DNA of 62,802 bases, filler included, from Bonamia ostreae (Eukaryota), in assembly GCA_040357525.1 (NCBI GenBank). It is 40 parts of 40 records of this genome, joined end to end, with 100 filler letters (N's around TTAATTAATTAA, not from the genome) between each part and the next. Parts side by side here need not be neighbours in the genome. Positions count along the whole stretch, not along the records: positions 50,393 to 51,859 come from JBDODL010001758.1; positions 51,960 to 53,425 come from JBDODL010001759.1; positions 53,526 to 54,989 come from JBDODL010001760.1; positions 55,090 to 56,553 come from JBDODL010001761.1; positions 56,654 to 58,116 come from JBDODL010001762.1; positions 58,217 to 59,678 come from JBDODL010001763.1; positions 59,779 to 61,240 come from JBDODL010001764.1; positions 61,341 to 62,802 come from JBDODL010001765.1; 32 more parts are not named here. One strand, given 5' to 3'. The translations under genes and the position numbers were made by a program. Below the pieces are notes generated by a model that was not told the DNA's origin, made no database searches, and saw only the letters and a program-made list of their open reading frames with translations. Below, one piece after another: positions 50,393-61,348 of this stretch. Numbering within the stretch: position 1 is the stretch's first letter; the number at the start of each line of letters is the position of its first letter.

Positions 50393-50745
50393 CTTTTGTC
50401 TTTTTTACTACTTTTATCTTTTTTACTGCTTTTATCATGTCGACTATTTTTATCTTTTTTGCTACTTTTGTCATGTCGACTATTTTTGTCCTTTTTACTA
50501 CTTTTGTCATGTCTAGTTTTTTTCGATTTTTTGGTTTTTTCACGTTTTGAACTTTTGTAATAATCATCAATCCATTCGTCTAAACGTTTTCTGTCTTTTC
50601 TAGACGGAACCAAAGACCTAAAATCGTTTCTTGACATTTTGCTTAATTTGTCCATTGTCAGACCTTTCTTTCTGATTTTGTCTCGAACAGATCTTTCGAT
50701 TCCCAGTTCTTTGAGAACATGTCTAGTTTCAGATGTGCTGCTCAT
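50393..50745 (-). CDS. SAM-like N-terminus plus basic RHDKSSKKDKNS repeats, 3' partial, protist
   Basis: LKELGI..KIRKKGLTMDKLSKMSRNDFRSL..DRKRL is a SAM-like pattern. Coding tandem repeats run to the contig end. Confidence 0.45.
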
Positions 50746-51460
50746 ATAAGAATGTGAATATAATTTATTTTATCAATAGAACATTAACGTTTTGTTCGCG
50801 AAACGGTTTATAGCCGTTTATATATTGACATTCCATTACTATTCGATGTCCTTTTTCAATTGAACACAATTTTTTTATCCATTTCTGGATAAAAAGAAAA
50901 GGCCTTTTAAAACATTTTTGAAGTAAAAATTTTGAAGTAAACGGCAAAAAGTCAATTTTTGGAGTTCGAAATAAAATGAAAACGAAAATATAAAAATTTA
51001 TTTAAGCTTAATTAACATTTAATTTTATTTCTTATCGGAAAAGATATCGTCTTCTGCATCAAAAAGGGAGTCATTTATAGAATCGAGAAGTTGCTTCAAT
51101 TCACCCAAATTTGCGAAACATTTTTCTAGCTCTTTTTGGCCAAAAACACGTTGTCGAAGATATTGTAACGACCCATTTGGAACCATTTTTAACTGAAACT
51201 GATTTATCACTTAACTGTAAAAATAAAAAAATTATTTTTATTATTTTCGAATTTTAATTTGTTAGAATTAACCAATTTTTAATATTTTACAATTAAAATT
51301 CAAATTTGGATTTTGATTTGCCATTTTTAATATTTTACAATTAAAATTTTGTCTTTTTGCAAATAAATGATAAAAATTGATTTTATATTTTTGTAATCAA
51401 AATTAAAATTTTGGCAGATTTTTATTAAAAATTTGATAATTAAAAAAATCTGAATGACAT

Positions 51461-51859
51461 TTAAAATTTCATCAGATGTGGATACTGTCCTTTCTTTAAG
51501 GCGAAACGAGAACTCAAATATTCGGTCATAAATTCTAATTTTTTGACCTTCGATTCGATTTCTGCGTCGATGATATTCTGAAGTTCTTCTAATTTCGCTT
51601 TGTTTTTTTCGTTTTCGGCTTTGATGGTTTTGTCGTCCTCGTCTTCCATTAAAACGTCTGATTTGAGTTTTTTGGGTTTTTTCATCAGATATTCTTCAAT
51701 TCCGTCAACATTAACATTTTTAATGTTTATTTTTGAGGACGTGGCGATAACGTAGCGTTGGTGTATTTTGTGAAGTGGAACCTTGTTAAGGGATTTTGGT
51801 CCAGTCTCCAATAAATTTCCGGATGGAAATTGTTTTAAGAAAATTAATCTTTTGAGCTC
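51461..51859 (-). CDS. RPL6: 60S ribosomal protein eL6, C-terminal part, protist
   Basis: KRLIFLKQFPSGNLLETGP..LNKVPL..QRYVIATS..YLSSRFALKKGQYPHLMKF*. Confidence 0.93.
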   Translation of the reverse strand, partial: ELKRLIFLKQFPSGNLLETGPKSLNKVPLHKIHQRYVIATSSKINIKNVNVDGIEEYLMKKPKKLKSDVLMEDEDDKTIKAENEKNKAKLEELQNIIDAEIESKVKKLEFMTEYLSSRFALKKGQYPHLMKF

Positions 51860-52031
51860 NNNNNNNNNNNNNNNNNNNNNNNNNNNNNNNNNNNNNNNNN
51901 NNNTTAATTAATTAANNNNNNNNNNNNNNNNNNNNNNNNNNNNNNNNNNNNNNNNNNNNCTTATATTAATTAATATAAATCAAAAAATCAAAAACTTTTA
52001 TAAAAAACTTTAAACTCGTTTATTGTTAAAA

Positions 52032-52590
52032 ATGTTCAAAATCCTGCCTCATGTTTAACCCATATATCAAAAAGACGGATATATTTCCTGCATCATATTC
52101 AAAACCATATCACTTTAAAAATGTTTTATCTATGACTCCTAGGAAGACATGTAAAAAATATCAGACATTAAAAAAATATCAGAAGAGGTATTGTAAAAAG
52201 CTAATGAATTTTAAATAAATTTAAATTTTCAATTTGGATCATATATCTTCTGTTTCGTGAGACAAATATGACGATCATAGCATAATTTGGGAGGATTTTA
52301 ATGCTTAACATAAAGAATGGTCGGAAAGTAGTGAAAATCTTAACCCTATTAATCACAAAAATCTTTTAAAATTCAGTTATCAAATTGACGACTTTATTCT
52401 CGATAAAAAAGTAACAGTTGACTTGATTTCACATAAAAAAGGAGACTCAATGGGTAGCGACCATTTTCATCTAGATTTTAACTTAAACATGAGTAATAAA
52501 ATCGACTATATAAGGATAAATAATTATTAGGAATAAATTAAATAAGGTAAATTATAATATACTTTAAAAAATAACTAACTCTTTGAACAA
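52032..52590 (+). pseudogene. APE/EEP endonuclease remnant of a non-LTR retroelement, readable with TAR=Gln
   Basis: IIWEDFNA(TAA)HKEWS..QIDDF..GSDH matches GDFNA..ID..SDH. One frameshift. Confidence 0.5.
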
Positions 52591-52617
52591 CAAAATTTTT
52601 ATTATCTATGACTTGGG

Positions 52618-53066
52618 TCATTTATTACAACTAAATTCAAAATCATCAATTCGAACAGCATCGTTTTTTGCGATGAGAACATTGCTATTTTATAATCATA
52701 ATGCACATATTGTATTGAGTGCAAATATTCCAACCCTTCTATTTCATACAAAAATATTTTTCTAATTAATTTGTTTAAAAACTTATACGGTCTACACTCA
52801 AATCTTCTTTAATGGACAATTTACAAAAACTCAAAATCATTGTCACAAATTTTGATCACATGATATTCTTTATCATCATTGACAATAAAATGATAAAGTC
52901 TTACGATGTTTTCTTTATAATATTATTAGTTTTCTTGATCGCATATTAGTTTCATTGACAATTTTTTTTCTTAAATTTTATTTTAAACCTTCAAAAACAC
53001 TGCCTTAAGACCCTATACCAATTTGCTATTAAAGATCATATTCGTTTATTGATTTTTCGCAGGTAA
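52618..53066 (-). pseudogene. Protein kinase remnant, readable with TAR=Gln
   Basis: EYDL(TAA)(TAG)QIGIGS(TAA)GSVF..SMKLI..ENIVRLY..GLEYLHSIQYVHYDYK..NVLI..VRIDDF. Two frameshifts. Confidence 0.65.
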
Positions 53067-55439
53067 GATAAAAAAAACTGCACCGACAATTTTTACTCTA
53101 ACTTTTTGCATATTAATTTTTATAAAATTTTTATGTTAAACCTATTTAAACTCTTATAAATAAATCCTATCATTTTACACAATCTTTCATGAATTAATCC
53201 GACATAATTTGTATCTACAATTTGTACATATTGTTGAATCGACTTTAATTAATAACTATTGTTCAGTTAAGTATTTAAAAGCCGTCATATTTGTGTTCCA
53301 AAAGTGTCTCCATCGATTAAAATCTTACACCCAATTGAATTAATCGAAACCATTTCCGATCCTACGATTATCAAAGAATATCTTTACGATTGGTTCGAAT
53401 CAGTCATCACTTCGCAAATGCAAAANNNNNNNNNNNNNNNNNNNNNNNNNNNNNNNNNNNNNNNNNNNNTTAATTAATTAANNNNNNNNNNNNNNNNNNN
53501 NNNNNNNNNNNNNNNNNNNNNNNNNTAACTTGAACAATAATCACAAATTATTAATAAACTTACATATATTCTCTACATGTATATTCATTTGAATTTTCTT
53601 TCCAGTGTATCTCCGAGGAACCATTATACCACCTATGAATTGCAATGCTCTTCGAGCTATCTGTCTGGGTGTATATATGAGACAACGTGATCACTACTGT
53701 AATATTGTGGTGTTTTAACATGTCCGGGTAATGTATGGAAATATCAGTTTTATCTTACTATGAATAAAGCATTGTGCATACCAAAGCATTTTACAGTGGG
53801 CCTTTAACCTTGACCATCTGTTCTTAGAAGAGCAATATACATTATTTTATTTACTTATCTAATATTGATTACGATCATTTGTGATATGATCAATTGTGAA
53901 TGAAATAGATGCATCCTTATCGGATAGATATACAGTGATTGTGTTTTGCATTATTAAGTTTGGTATTAAATTTCAAAAATTAGAATTTGTATGCATGAAT
54001 TCTAGACTAACAGTTTTGCATCAGCTAAAATCAATCAAGAATGTATTGAAGTCCATGCATTACTCAAATATTACTTTTGAAATACGAAATTAAAAAGCCC
54101 AGCTGTATTTATTTTAAAATTCAAATTGTCATTTCTAATGTCATTGAATCTAGACTGAAACAAATGTGTCTTGATATATGTAAATGACAAACAAGGGATT
54201 TCAATAGAAAGTACACTCGTTTCTAAGAATTTCAAATCATAACTATGCATAGCAAAATTCCAGATATCGTTTCAACTTATAAGCTTAAATGAAATTTGGT
54301 ATGATATATAGATAGCCGTCATATGAAGAAATCCCATGGATCCCATTTTCTTGTATCTATATTTCATTTATGTTAAATTTGATTTCCCATCTTTTTGATA
54401 AACATTTGTGATCAATATGGAACAATATCTTTTGTTATAGATTGGCAGTTCCGTTTTCCAGAATGACTATGGTTAATGCTTCATTACAAGTGTAACGTGA
54501 CCTGTGGTTGAATTTCGTACTTGTTGACCCGATCAATGGAATGCAATATATCCATTCAATATAAAGTATAAACATGCCATTTTTGCACATTTTTAAATAC
54601 GAAAAAACTAGCAATTGTGAATGCTAGTATGATAGATAATTGCATACATATCATGATATCATTTTATTACCAATACTGATATTTTGTACAACGCTAGTAT
54701 ATCTTTTGTTCAATAAACTCCAGCAATAAAAGTTAGGATCAATAAATTCTTTGCTACTCATAAATATACTTTTGTATGTGTTTTATGAAAAAAGCATACA
54801 CTTAAAGCAATATTTTTTCCGAAGTTTTCAATGTTCTAGTTGACTTTTTACATTTTGGAATGATATCACACATGTATATATCTCTATCAAAATGTATTCG
54901 TGTATGAAAGTAAAGCAAACAGTTTGAAATTTACAAGTTACTATCAGAAACACTTACATAAACATACCGGATGGGGATGCTTACTCGTCNNNNNNNNNNN
55001 NNNNNNNNNNNNNNNNNNNNNNNNNNNNNNNNNTTAATTAATTAANNNNNNNNNNNNNNNNNNNNNNNNNNNNNNNNNNNNNNNNNNNNGCTGACATGGC
55101 CAGCAGTCCATTACAATGTGTTATGTCACGAAGAACACAACATCCCTAACCAATGAATGGGGCCGAAACTGTAAAGACATTCGTGCAACCAATGCTGATC
55201 CGTTCCCAAACTCTGATGTCTTATGCTCAGTGACTCCTAATGAGAAACCAAAAGTGAAGACAGCATTTAGGCATATATATCTTACAGCAACATTTATATT
55301 TATTTTGGAAGACAGAATATCATGACATACTTGTAACACAATTTAACATCAATCAGGGACATATATTTGGTGTATGAAACTGACTTGTAAACAATAGATA
55401 TTTAGAATCATAATTATTGTTGCAGTTGGTTACCTCCAG

Positions 55440-56150
55440 TTGGGTGAAATGGGGAGACCCCGGAAAGATGGGGAGAAGACACCGGGTAAAAGGAGAAAAA
55501 CAAACTATAACGAACACAGCGCTGGCCCAGTTGCAGACGGCAGGGATTCTACTCAAGAGGGTAAAAACAATATGCCTGTTACAGCTGAAGCATTTCAAGA
55601 GGAAGGTATACCCCTGACAGTGAAAACAGCCAAGCAAGCAGTGAAACCAACTCAAGGAGAGACGGTGCATTTGACAGCGTCAGCGTTTGCCACTACATGT
55701 ACACATGTGATATTACTATTACTTCTTAAGATAATGATGTATAGGTTACTTACAAGCCTTTAAGAAGACCCTTACATTTCAGAATAGCTCTTAAGGTAAA
55801 ACAAAAGATTTGTGCAAATGCGTTTATAGATGTGCTTGATCCACCTTCGGATTAGAATGTTTGGCAGAGTAAGTTTGAGTGCTGGTAAGAAGAACCTTTT
55901 TCCAATAGAGGCCTGGACAGATGCCGTTTGTTTATTGATTTGCATCAATCTTCGTCACTTTACCAGAAGTGCTGTTACATCGCATAAAGACTTGGCCATT
56001 TATATGGATTTGATAAGGTCATTGCTAGAAAGATGGGGAAAACTGGTATCACTATAATATAACGTTGCATAAGGCTGAGTAGGCGGACAGTAATTTATCA
56101 TGGAGACAAAATGAGCAAGTTCTCTGAAGTAGAGCCCTTATGAAAAAAAA
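55440..56150 (+). mobile_element. DIRS/Ngaro-type ORF1 (gag-like) remnant, host
   Basis: IEAWTDA..DLAIYMDLIRSL..G.W..Y resembles the conserved block of tyrosine-recombinase retrotransposon ORF1. Frameshifted. Confidence 0.45.
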
Positions 56151-56804
56151 TTGGGGTTCTCAAAATATGCAAAGTAACACGGGGNNNNNNNNNNTTTTCG
56201 AAGCAACCCTATCGCCCATATTGTTTCAGGTTTAATGGCAGTAAACCATGCACTACAGACTGTTCCAACATATCTGTGCAAGTCATCCAAAATTGCTGTG
56301 TGAGAAATATCATGACACAGCCAATTATGCAAAAACAAGCATATAGTAAGTATAGTGCACCACAATAATCTTTTAAAAAAGGATTCACAAAAGTTAAGTA
56401 TGTACTAGGCGGATTAAACAAGGACTTTAGTTTAGAATTTAGAGGGGAAAGAGATATCAATTTAGTCCTATTCTAAACTCTACTATAGACAATCCTGATA
56501 TTGTGTCTCAAAAATTTCTAAGGAATTATTTGTAAGTAGAATTAAGGACCCTTNNNNNNNNNNNNNNNNNNNNNNNNNNNNNNNNNNNNNNNNNNNNTTA
56601 ATTAATTAANNNNNNNNNNNNNNNNNNNNNNNNNNNNNNNNNNNNNNNNNNNNGTAATTTGAAAAGAAATTATTTTATAATCGATTTTTCAGATTTAATT
56701 ATTTACAAAAACTGATTTTTTCCAATTCCTTTTTGGTCATTTTTCGATACGATTTATCTTTCATTCGATAAGATTTTATATTAAAAATTTCTTCTTTGAC
56801 TATT

Positions 56805-57155
56805 TTAATAAATCCGCCCATCTTTAAAAATTGATAATAAAACGAATCTAGTTTTTTCATCAACAGTCTCTTTGGAAATATTTTCATTTTCAGTCTTTTT
56901 TTCAGGTTTTTCTTTATTCGGACTTATATTGCTTTTCGTGCTTTTGTTGTCTACACTAAATCTTCTTTGATTGACTAAAAATAAATTATATTTTTCCGAA
57001 GCGGCTTTCATTAAATTTTGGTTTTTTAAAGTATGGACATTTTTATAGCTGGCAAAGCTTAAACTCCATATATTTTTGTTCTTCGGAATTTTTAATGTCC
57101 GGTTTCTTTTTGTTATCACTCTGAGACCATTTCTAGTCAAAAATCCACAAATCAT
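56805..57155 (-). CDS. Hypothetical basic protein N-terminus (possible mitochondrial presequence), protist
   Basis: ORF with an R/K-rich, acid-poor N-terminus, head-to-head with the SMP gene. Confidence 0.35.
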   Translation of the reverse strand: MICGFLTRNGLRVITKRNRTLKIPKNKNIWSLSFASYKNVHTLKNQNLMKAASEKYNLFLVNQRRFSVDNKSTKSNISPNKEKPEKKTENENISKETVDEKTRFVLLSIFKDGRIY

Positions 57156-57236
57156 CGGAATTGCTTTAACGAAATCTGGCTGTATTTATTATATCCAAAA
57201 ATCTTAAATAATTTAAGCTCAATTGATTTAAAATTT

Positions 57237-57997
57237 ATGAGATTCCCGAAATCTGCGTTGTTAGCTCTAATTGTGTACATGATCATAAGAAGTTCGCAGA
57301 AATTTGGATTTGTAATTCCATTTATTCTTTTTGTTTTAATAATAATTGTTTTCGTCTACTTTTCTAATCCAAAAAAATCTGACAGTTTTTATGAACCCAA
57401 ATTTTTATGTTCGACAACAATCGAAATTTTAATTGTTGACATCTTTAAGTAAAAATTGCCGCAACAACATAAAAAATAGATCTGGATTTGATCCACTTAA
57501 TAGACGACATCTCTTCTTCTCCAAACACAATAAATTCCAATTTTCCAAAATGGCTCACTTACAAAGGTCACGAAAAAACTCATTTTTTGAATTACAGTTT
57601 CCGCGTTATGTGGAACCCGAAACTTAAAAATTGCTTCGAGAAAAGTGTGTTTCCGTTTATCGAAAGGAAATTAGAACAGAAAAAGATCAGCGTTGTCAGA
57701 CTAGATCTTGGCACGACATCTCCAATTGTAAAATGTAATTTATCGCTTTTACGATAATTTTAAAAATTCTGAATTTGAGACGTAAAAATAAATTTTTAAA
57801 AAGAAAAATTTAAAAAAACAGACATCAACATTGGCAATACAAATTGCGCGCAATGTGGTAAACATAAATGCACAAGAAAAAAATGCGAAGATTTGAGTTG
57901 TTCAATTGTCGTTGAAATTTATTTTGAATCCGATGACGCTGAAATCGACGTTTCAACCGAATACAAAACAGCTAAAACTAACCTCTGCTTAACAAAT
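57237..57997 (+). CDS. Extended-synaptotagmin/tricalbin-like protein (TM hairpin plus SMP domain), 3' partial, protist
   Basis: N-terminal hydrophobic hairpin, then FPKWL..EKTHFLNYSFRVMW..RLDLGTTSPIVK. Introns ending at 57479 and at 57735-57821. Confidence 0.65.
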
Positions 57998-58719
57998 GTT
58001 TTTTAAATCGGCATTTTTTCGAAATGTAAAAACGAATTGTTGTTTATAAATCTAAAATTTATAAAAATTTCAATAATTTTGAATTGATTTATAAAAAATT
58101 CAATAAAAATCTTTTTNNNNNNNNNNNNNNNNNNNNNNNNNNNNNNNNNNNNNNNNNNNNTTAATTAATTAANNNNNNNNNNNNNNNNNNNNNNNNNNNN
58201 NNNNNNNNNNNNNNNNGTCAGAAATCCTACAAGCTACGTTGCCCAAAGAATGTATCGAAGACGGTCATCGCATAATTTATGGATTGTAAGTCACGAGGAG
58301 GGTAGATGAACTTCGTATATTATCAATAGACAGTATGATACGGAATCATAAGGTATATCTCCCATCTAATGAAAATATAAGGTTCTGAACAGATGCGGAT
58401 CGACAAACGTATATACAAACTGAAAACGTATGTGCTATTTAACAAAATACTTTAAAATACATATTAATTAATATCGATTTCACACAATGTTTAAGTTGTT
58501 CAATATTTTTTAAAATCGTATTTTTTATAATTTTGGAATTTATTTATGTTTCTTAGTTTAGTTTTATATCTAATTATTTGAACGATTATTTTCAAAAAAT
58601 AGTTTCGCTTTTCATTCAATGGTTTTAATTTGAATTTAATAATTTCATTTTTAATTTCGTTATTTCGTATGTTATTTAGTCTATTGGGATCATTTATGGG
58701 AAAGTAAAAATAAATCACG

Positions 58720-58875
58720 TGTTATAACGAGTTAGTATCTAATTGAAACGAGGTAGTATCTCGTTACAACGAGCCAGTTATCTCGTTACATGTATAGCGA
58801 AAAAATTATCTTGTGATAACGAGATGACCATTATAACGAGATAAAAAATGGAAGTAACTCGTTATTCAAGAAATG
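58720..58875. repeat. Array of short palindromic CTCGTTATAACGAG-like units (MITE-internal type), host
   Basis: About six degenerate ATAACGAG/CTCGTTA units at ~21-bp spacing. Confidence 0.55.
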
Positions 58876-59189
58876 TCTTTCAGTTTTTGAAAAAAAAAAT
58901 GAGATAAATAACATTGAGCTCGGTTTGGTTTGATTTCCCTTTCTTATTTTTGGTTTGAACTTTAGTGCTTTCGGAGAATTTTGCTTCATACAGATGGTGT
59001 GAACAAACTTTAATTCAATTCGATATATTGTATTCTTATGATTACTGAAAACATTTTCAAAGAATTAGAGATTCCCTCTGGACCAAAGGGATCTCAATGT
59101 TCAAAATATTGGGTATAGCTACGTGGCAGTACAATATTGGAAACATATTTCATTTAAGTTAAACCTATTATACTTTTGTGTTACAGTAC

Positions 59190-59457
59190 CTAATGAGATG
59201 ATCCGAGTACATGCATTTGGTGTCAACAATCCTCCAACTTCACCTTTGACCGACACAGTGTAGTTATGTCCTGATTGTAGAACTTGCTTAAGATAATAAG
59301 TTCCTGAAGGATCCTTTTGAAATGTTTCCATCGACTTATTCGAGCTTGATGTAATTGTGACATGGAAAGTTGTCATCAGCCTTTGCATATCTCCATCGAT
59401 GTTTATGACGGTATTTTTTATATGTACCTCAGAGCAATCCAGAACGGGATCTGCCAA
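59190..59457 (-). CDS. Fibronectin-III-like exon, host
   Basis: Beta-rich ORF with LQSGHNYTVSV, then a GTACTG donor. Confidence 0.35.
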
Positions 59458-59778
59458 TTAGTAAAAGATGATTCAGTTGTACAAGGATACACCCGATACT
59501 TATCAACTGATATAATGAATCACCGGTATATCAACAACATATCTGGTATTTTCAGGGGTTCATAATTGTTCTACTCCCAATTTCTTTTTTTGAATTTTTA
59601 TATGATCTATGAGATTGATCACTGTTTAATTTCACATTTTTTTTATACTAACTTATGCAACGTAAACTATTTGATTTANNNNNNNNNNNNNNNNNNNNNN
59701 NNNNNNNNNNNNNNNNNNNNNNTTAATTAATTAANNNNNNNNNNNNNNNNNNNNNNNNNNNNNNNNNNNNNNNNNNNN

Positions 59779-61240
59779 GACAGAAAGCGAGAGAAACCGC
59801 TGGGGCTTTAAATGCTTTATAAAAGGCGTTTCAATCCATTCAACGCCTTTTCTAATCGATCTCAGCATCTCTTTGTCTTCCATTTCTAAAAACATCTCCA
59901 AATCGCTCATTAAAACACCAAATCTCTTAAACGAAGAGATCTTTCTCAAACCTTGGTTCCAAACCTTATTAAGTTGTGGTCTCACCACCAAAATCAGCAA
60001 TTTTGACAATTTTTCCGCCGATTTTATCGCCGGAAAGCACACCGCGCTTCCTTTACTGACCATTTTCGACCAAGTCGAACACAAGTGGCTGCTCGGAACC
60101 GGTAGAGATCGAGTCAAAAGAAGTCGGTTGTGGGTTTGCTCCATTCGAGCGATGGTGTTGGCCATGTTGAAACATGTCGGATCGCTCAAAGCGGCACTCA
60201 AAATTTGCAATCCGGCCGTTGCGGCGAAGAATGTGCGTAAATCGCTTTTGTTGAAAATCAAAATGTGCGTTTTGAGCGCAAAAAAACTTCAAATGTGGAT
60301 GTATGGACGGGCGCAGGCTTTGAAAACATGGGATAATCTGTGGCATAATGGTAATTGGTCCCAATGATTTTTGTAATTTGTGTTGTAACAATTATTTTTT
60401 GTTGACGAATTTTTGTGTTGCAACAATTATTTTTTGTTGACGAATTTTTGTGTCGCAACAATTATTTTTTGTTGACGAATTTTTATGTTGTAACAATTAT
60501 TTTTTGTTGACGAATTTTTGTGTCAACAATTATTTTTTGTTGACGAAAACAATTATTTTATCGTAAATTATTTGGCTGTAACACAACAAAAAAAGAAATT
60601 GCCAGAGAAAAAACAAATAGAGATAAGCTTTGCGAAGAATTTTATAAAGAATATAGTCAAAATTCCGGAAACGAAACAATTGAACTTTTATGTCAGCTTA
60701 AAAATGTTCAATATATTGCCAAAAATCCGCTTTTATCAATTGAAGGCTTGTTTAAAGTACTTTTGAATGAATTGGGAAAGCCAAGAAAGGACTCTTTAGA
60801 TCAAGTTTTTAAGAGAATTTAAAAATTTGGCATTTTTAAAAACTTAAAAAAGGTCGCGGAAAAAGTAATTAATTTCGCTGAAACGATTATTTCTTTTCGA
60901 TCGTACGAAAAAGAATGTTCTCGGAGAAGAAAGAAAAATTTGACGAAACAAGCCGAAGTGAACTTGAATTACGACGATCGCTTATTGGGACAAATTCAAC
61001 TTGATGAGATAAATAGGTCGTTCAGTGACACCAAAGTTAGATTGCCAGACATTCGAAAAATAGATTTGGGCGAAGACAAAATGATTGTTCCGTTTATTAA
61101 AAGATCGCTTTCAACGCCTTTTACGTCTATTAATAAACAAATGTTGGCCAAACGATCTGAGAATTCAAGAATTTTGGCTAATTTGTACAATGTTTTTTGC
61201 TTTTCCAAATTTAAAAATTTTTAAAATTGCAATTTTTCGC
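59779..61240 (+). CDS. Internal exons of a large protein (possibly HERC/HECTD4-like E3), protist
   Basis: Open frame from the contig start to the GTAATT donor at ~60350 (..RAMVLAMLKHVG..), with further exons downstream. Family call is weak. Confidence 0.35.
60380..60560 (+). repeat. Intronic ~35-bp tandem repeat x5
   Basis: TGTTGTAACAATTATTTTTTGTTGACGAATTTTTG units. Confidence 0.9.
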
Positions 61241-61348
61241 NNNNNNNNNNNNNNNNNNNNNNNNNNNNNNNNNNNNNNNNNNNNTTAATTAATTAANNNN
61301 NNNNNNNNNNNNNNNNNNNNNNNNNNNNNNNNNNNNNNNNCAAAATAA

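Noticed and set aside
53180-53400. Possible Merlin/ISXO2 transposase start (AFKYL.E..LL..CTNC) read with table 6
   Set aside because: Too short and no catalytic motif is visible.
56185-56194. Internal N10 run
   Set aside because: Ordinary scaffolding gap within a contig.
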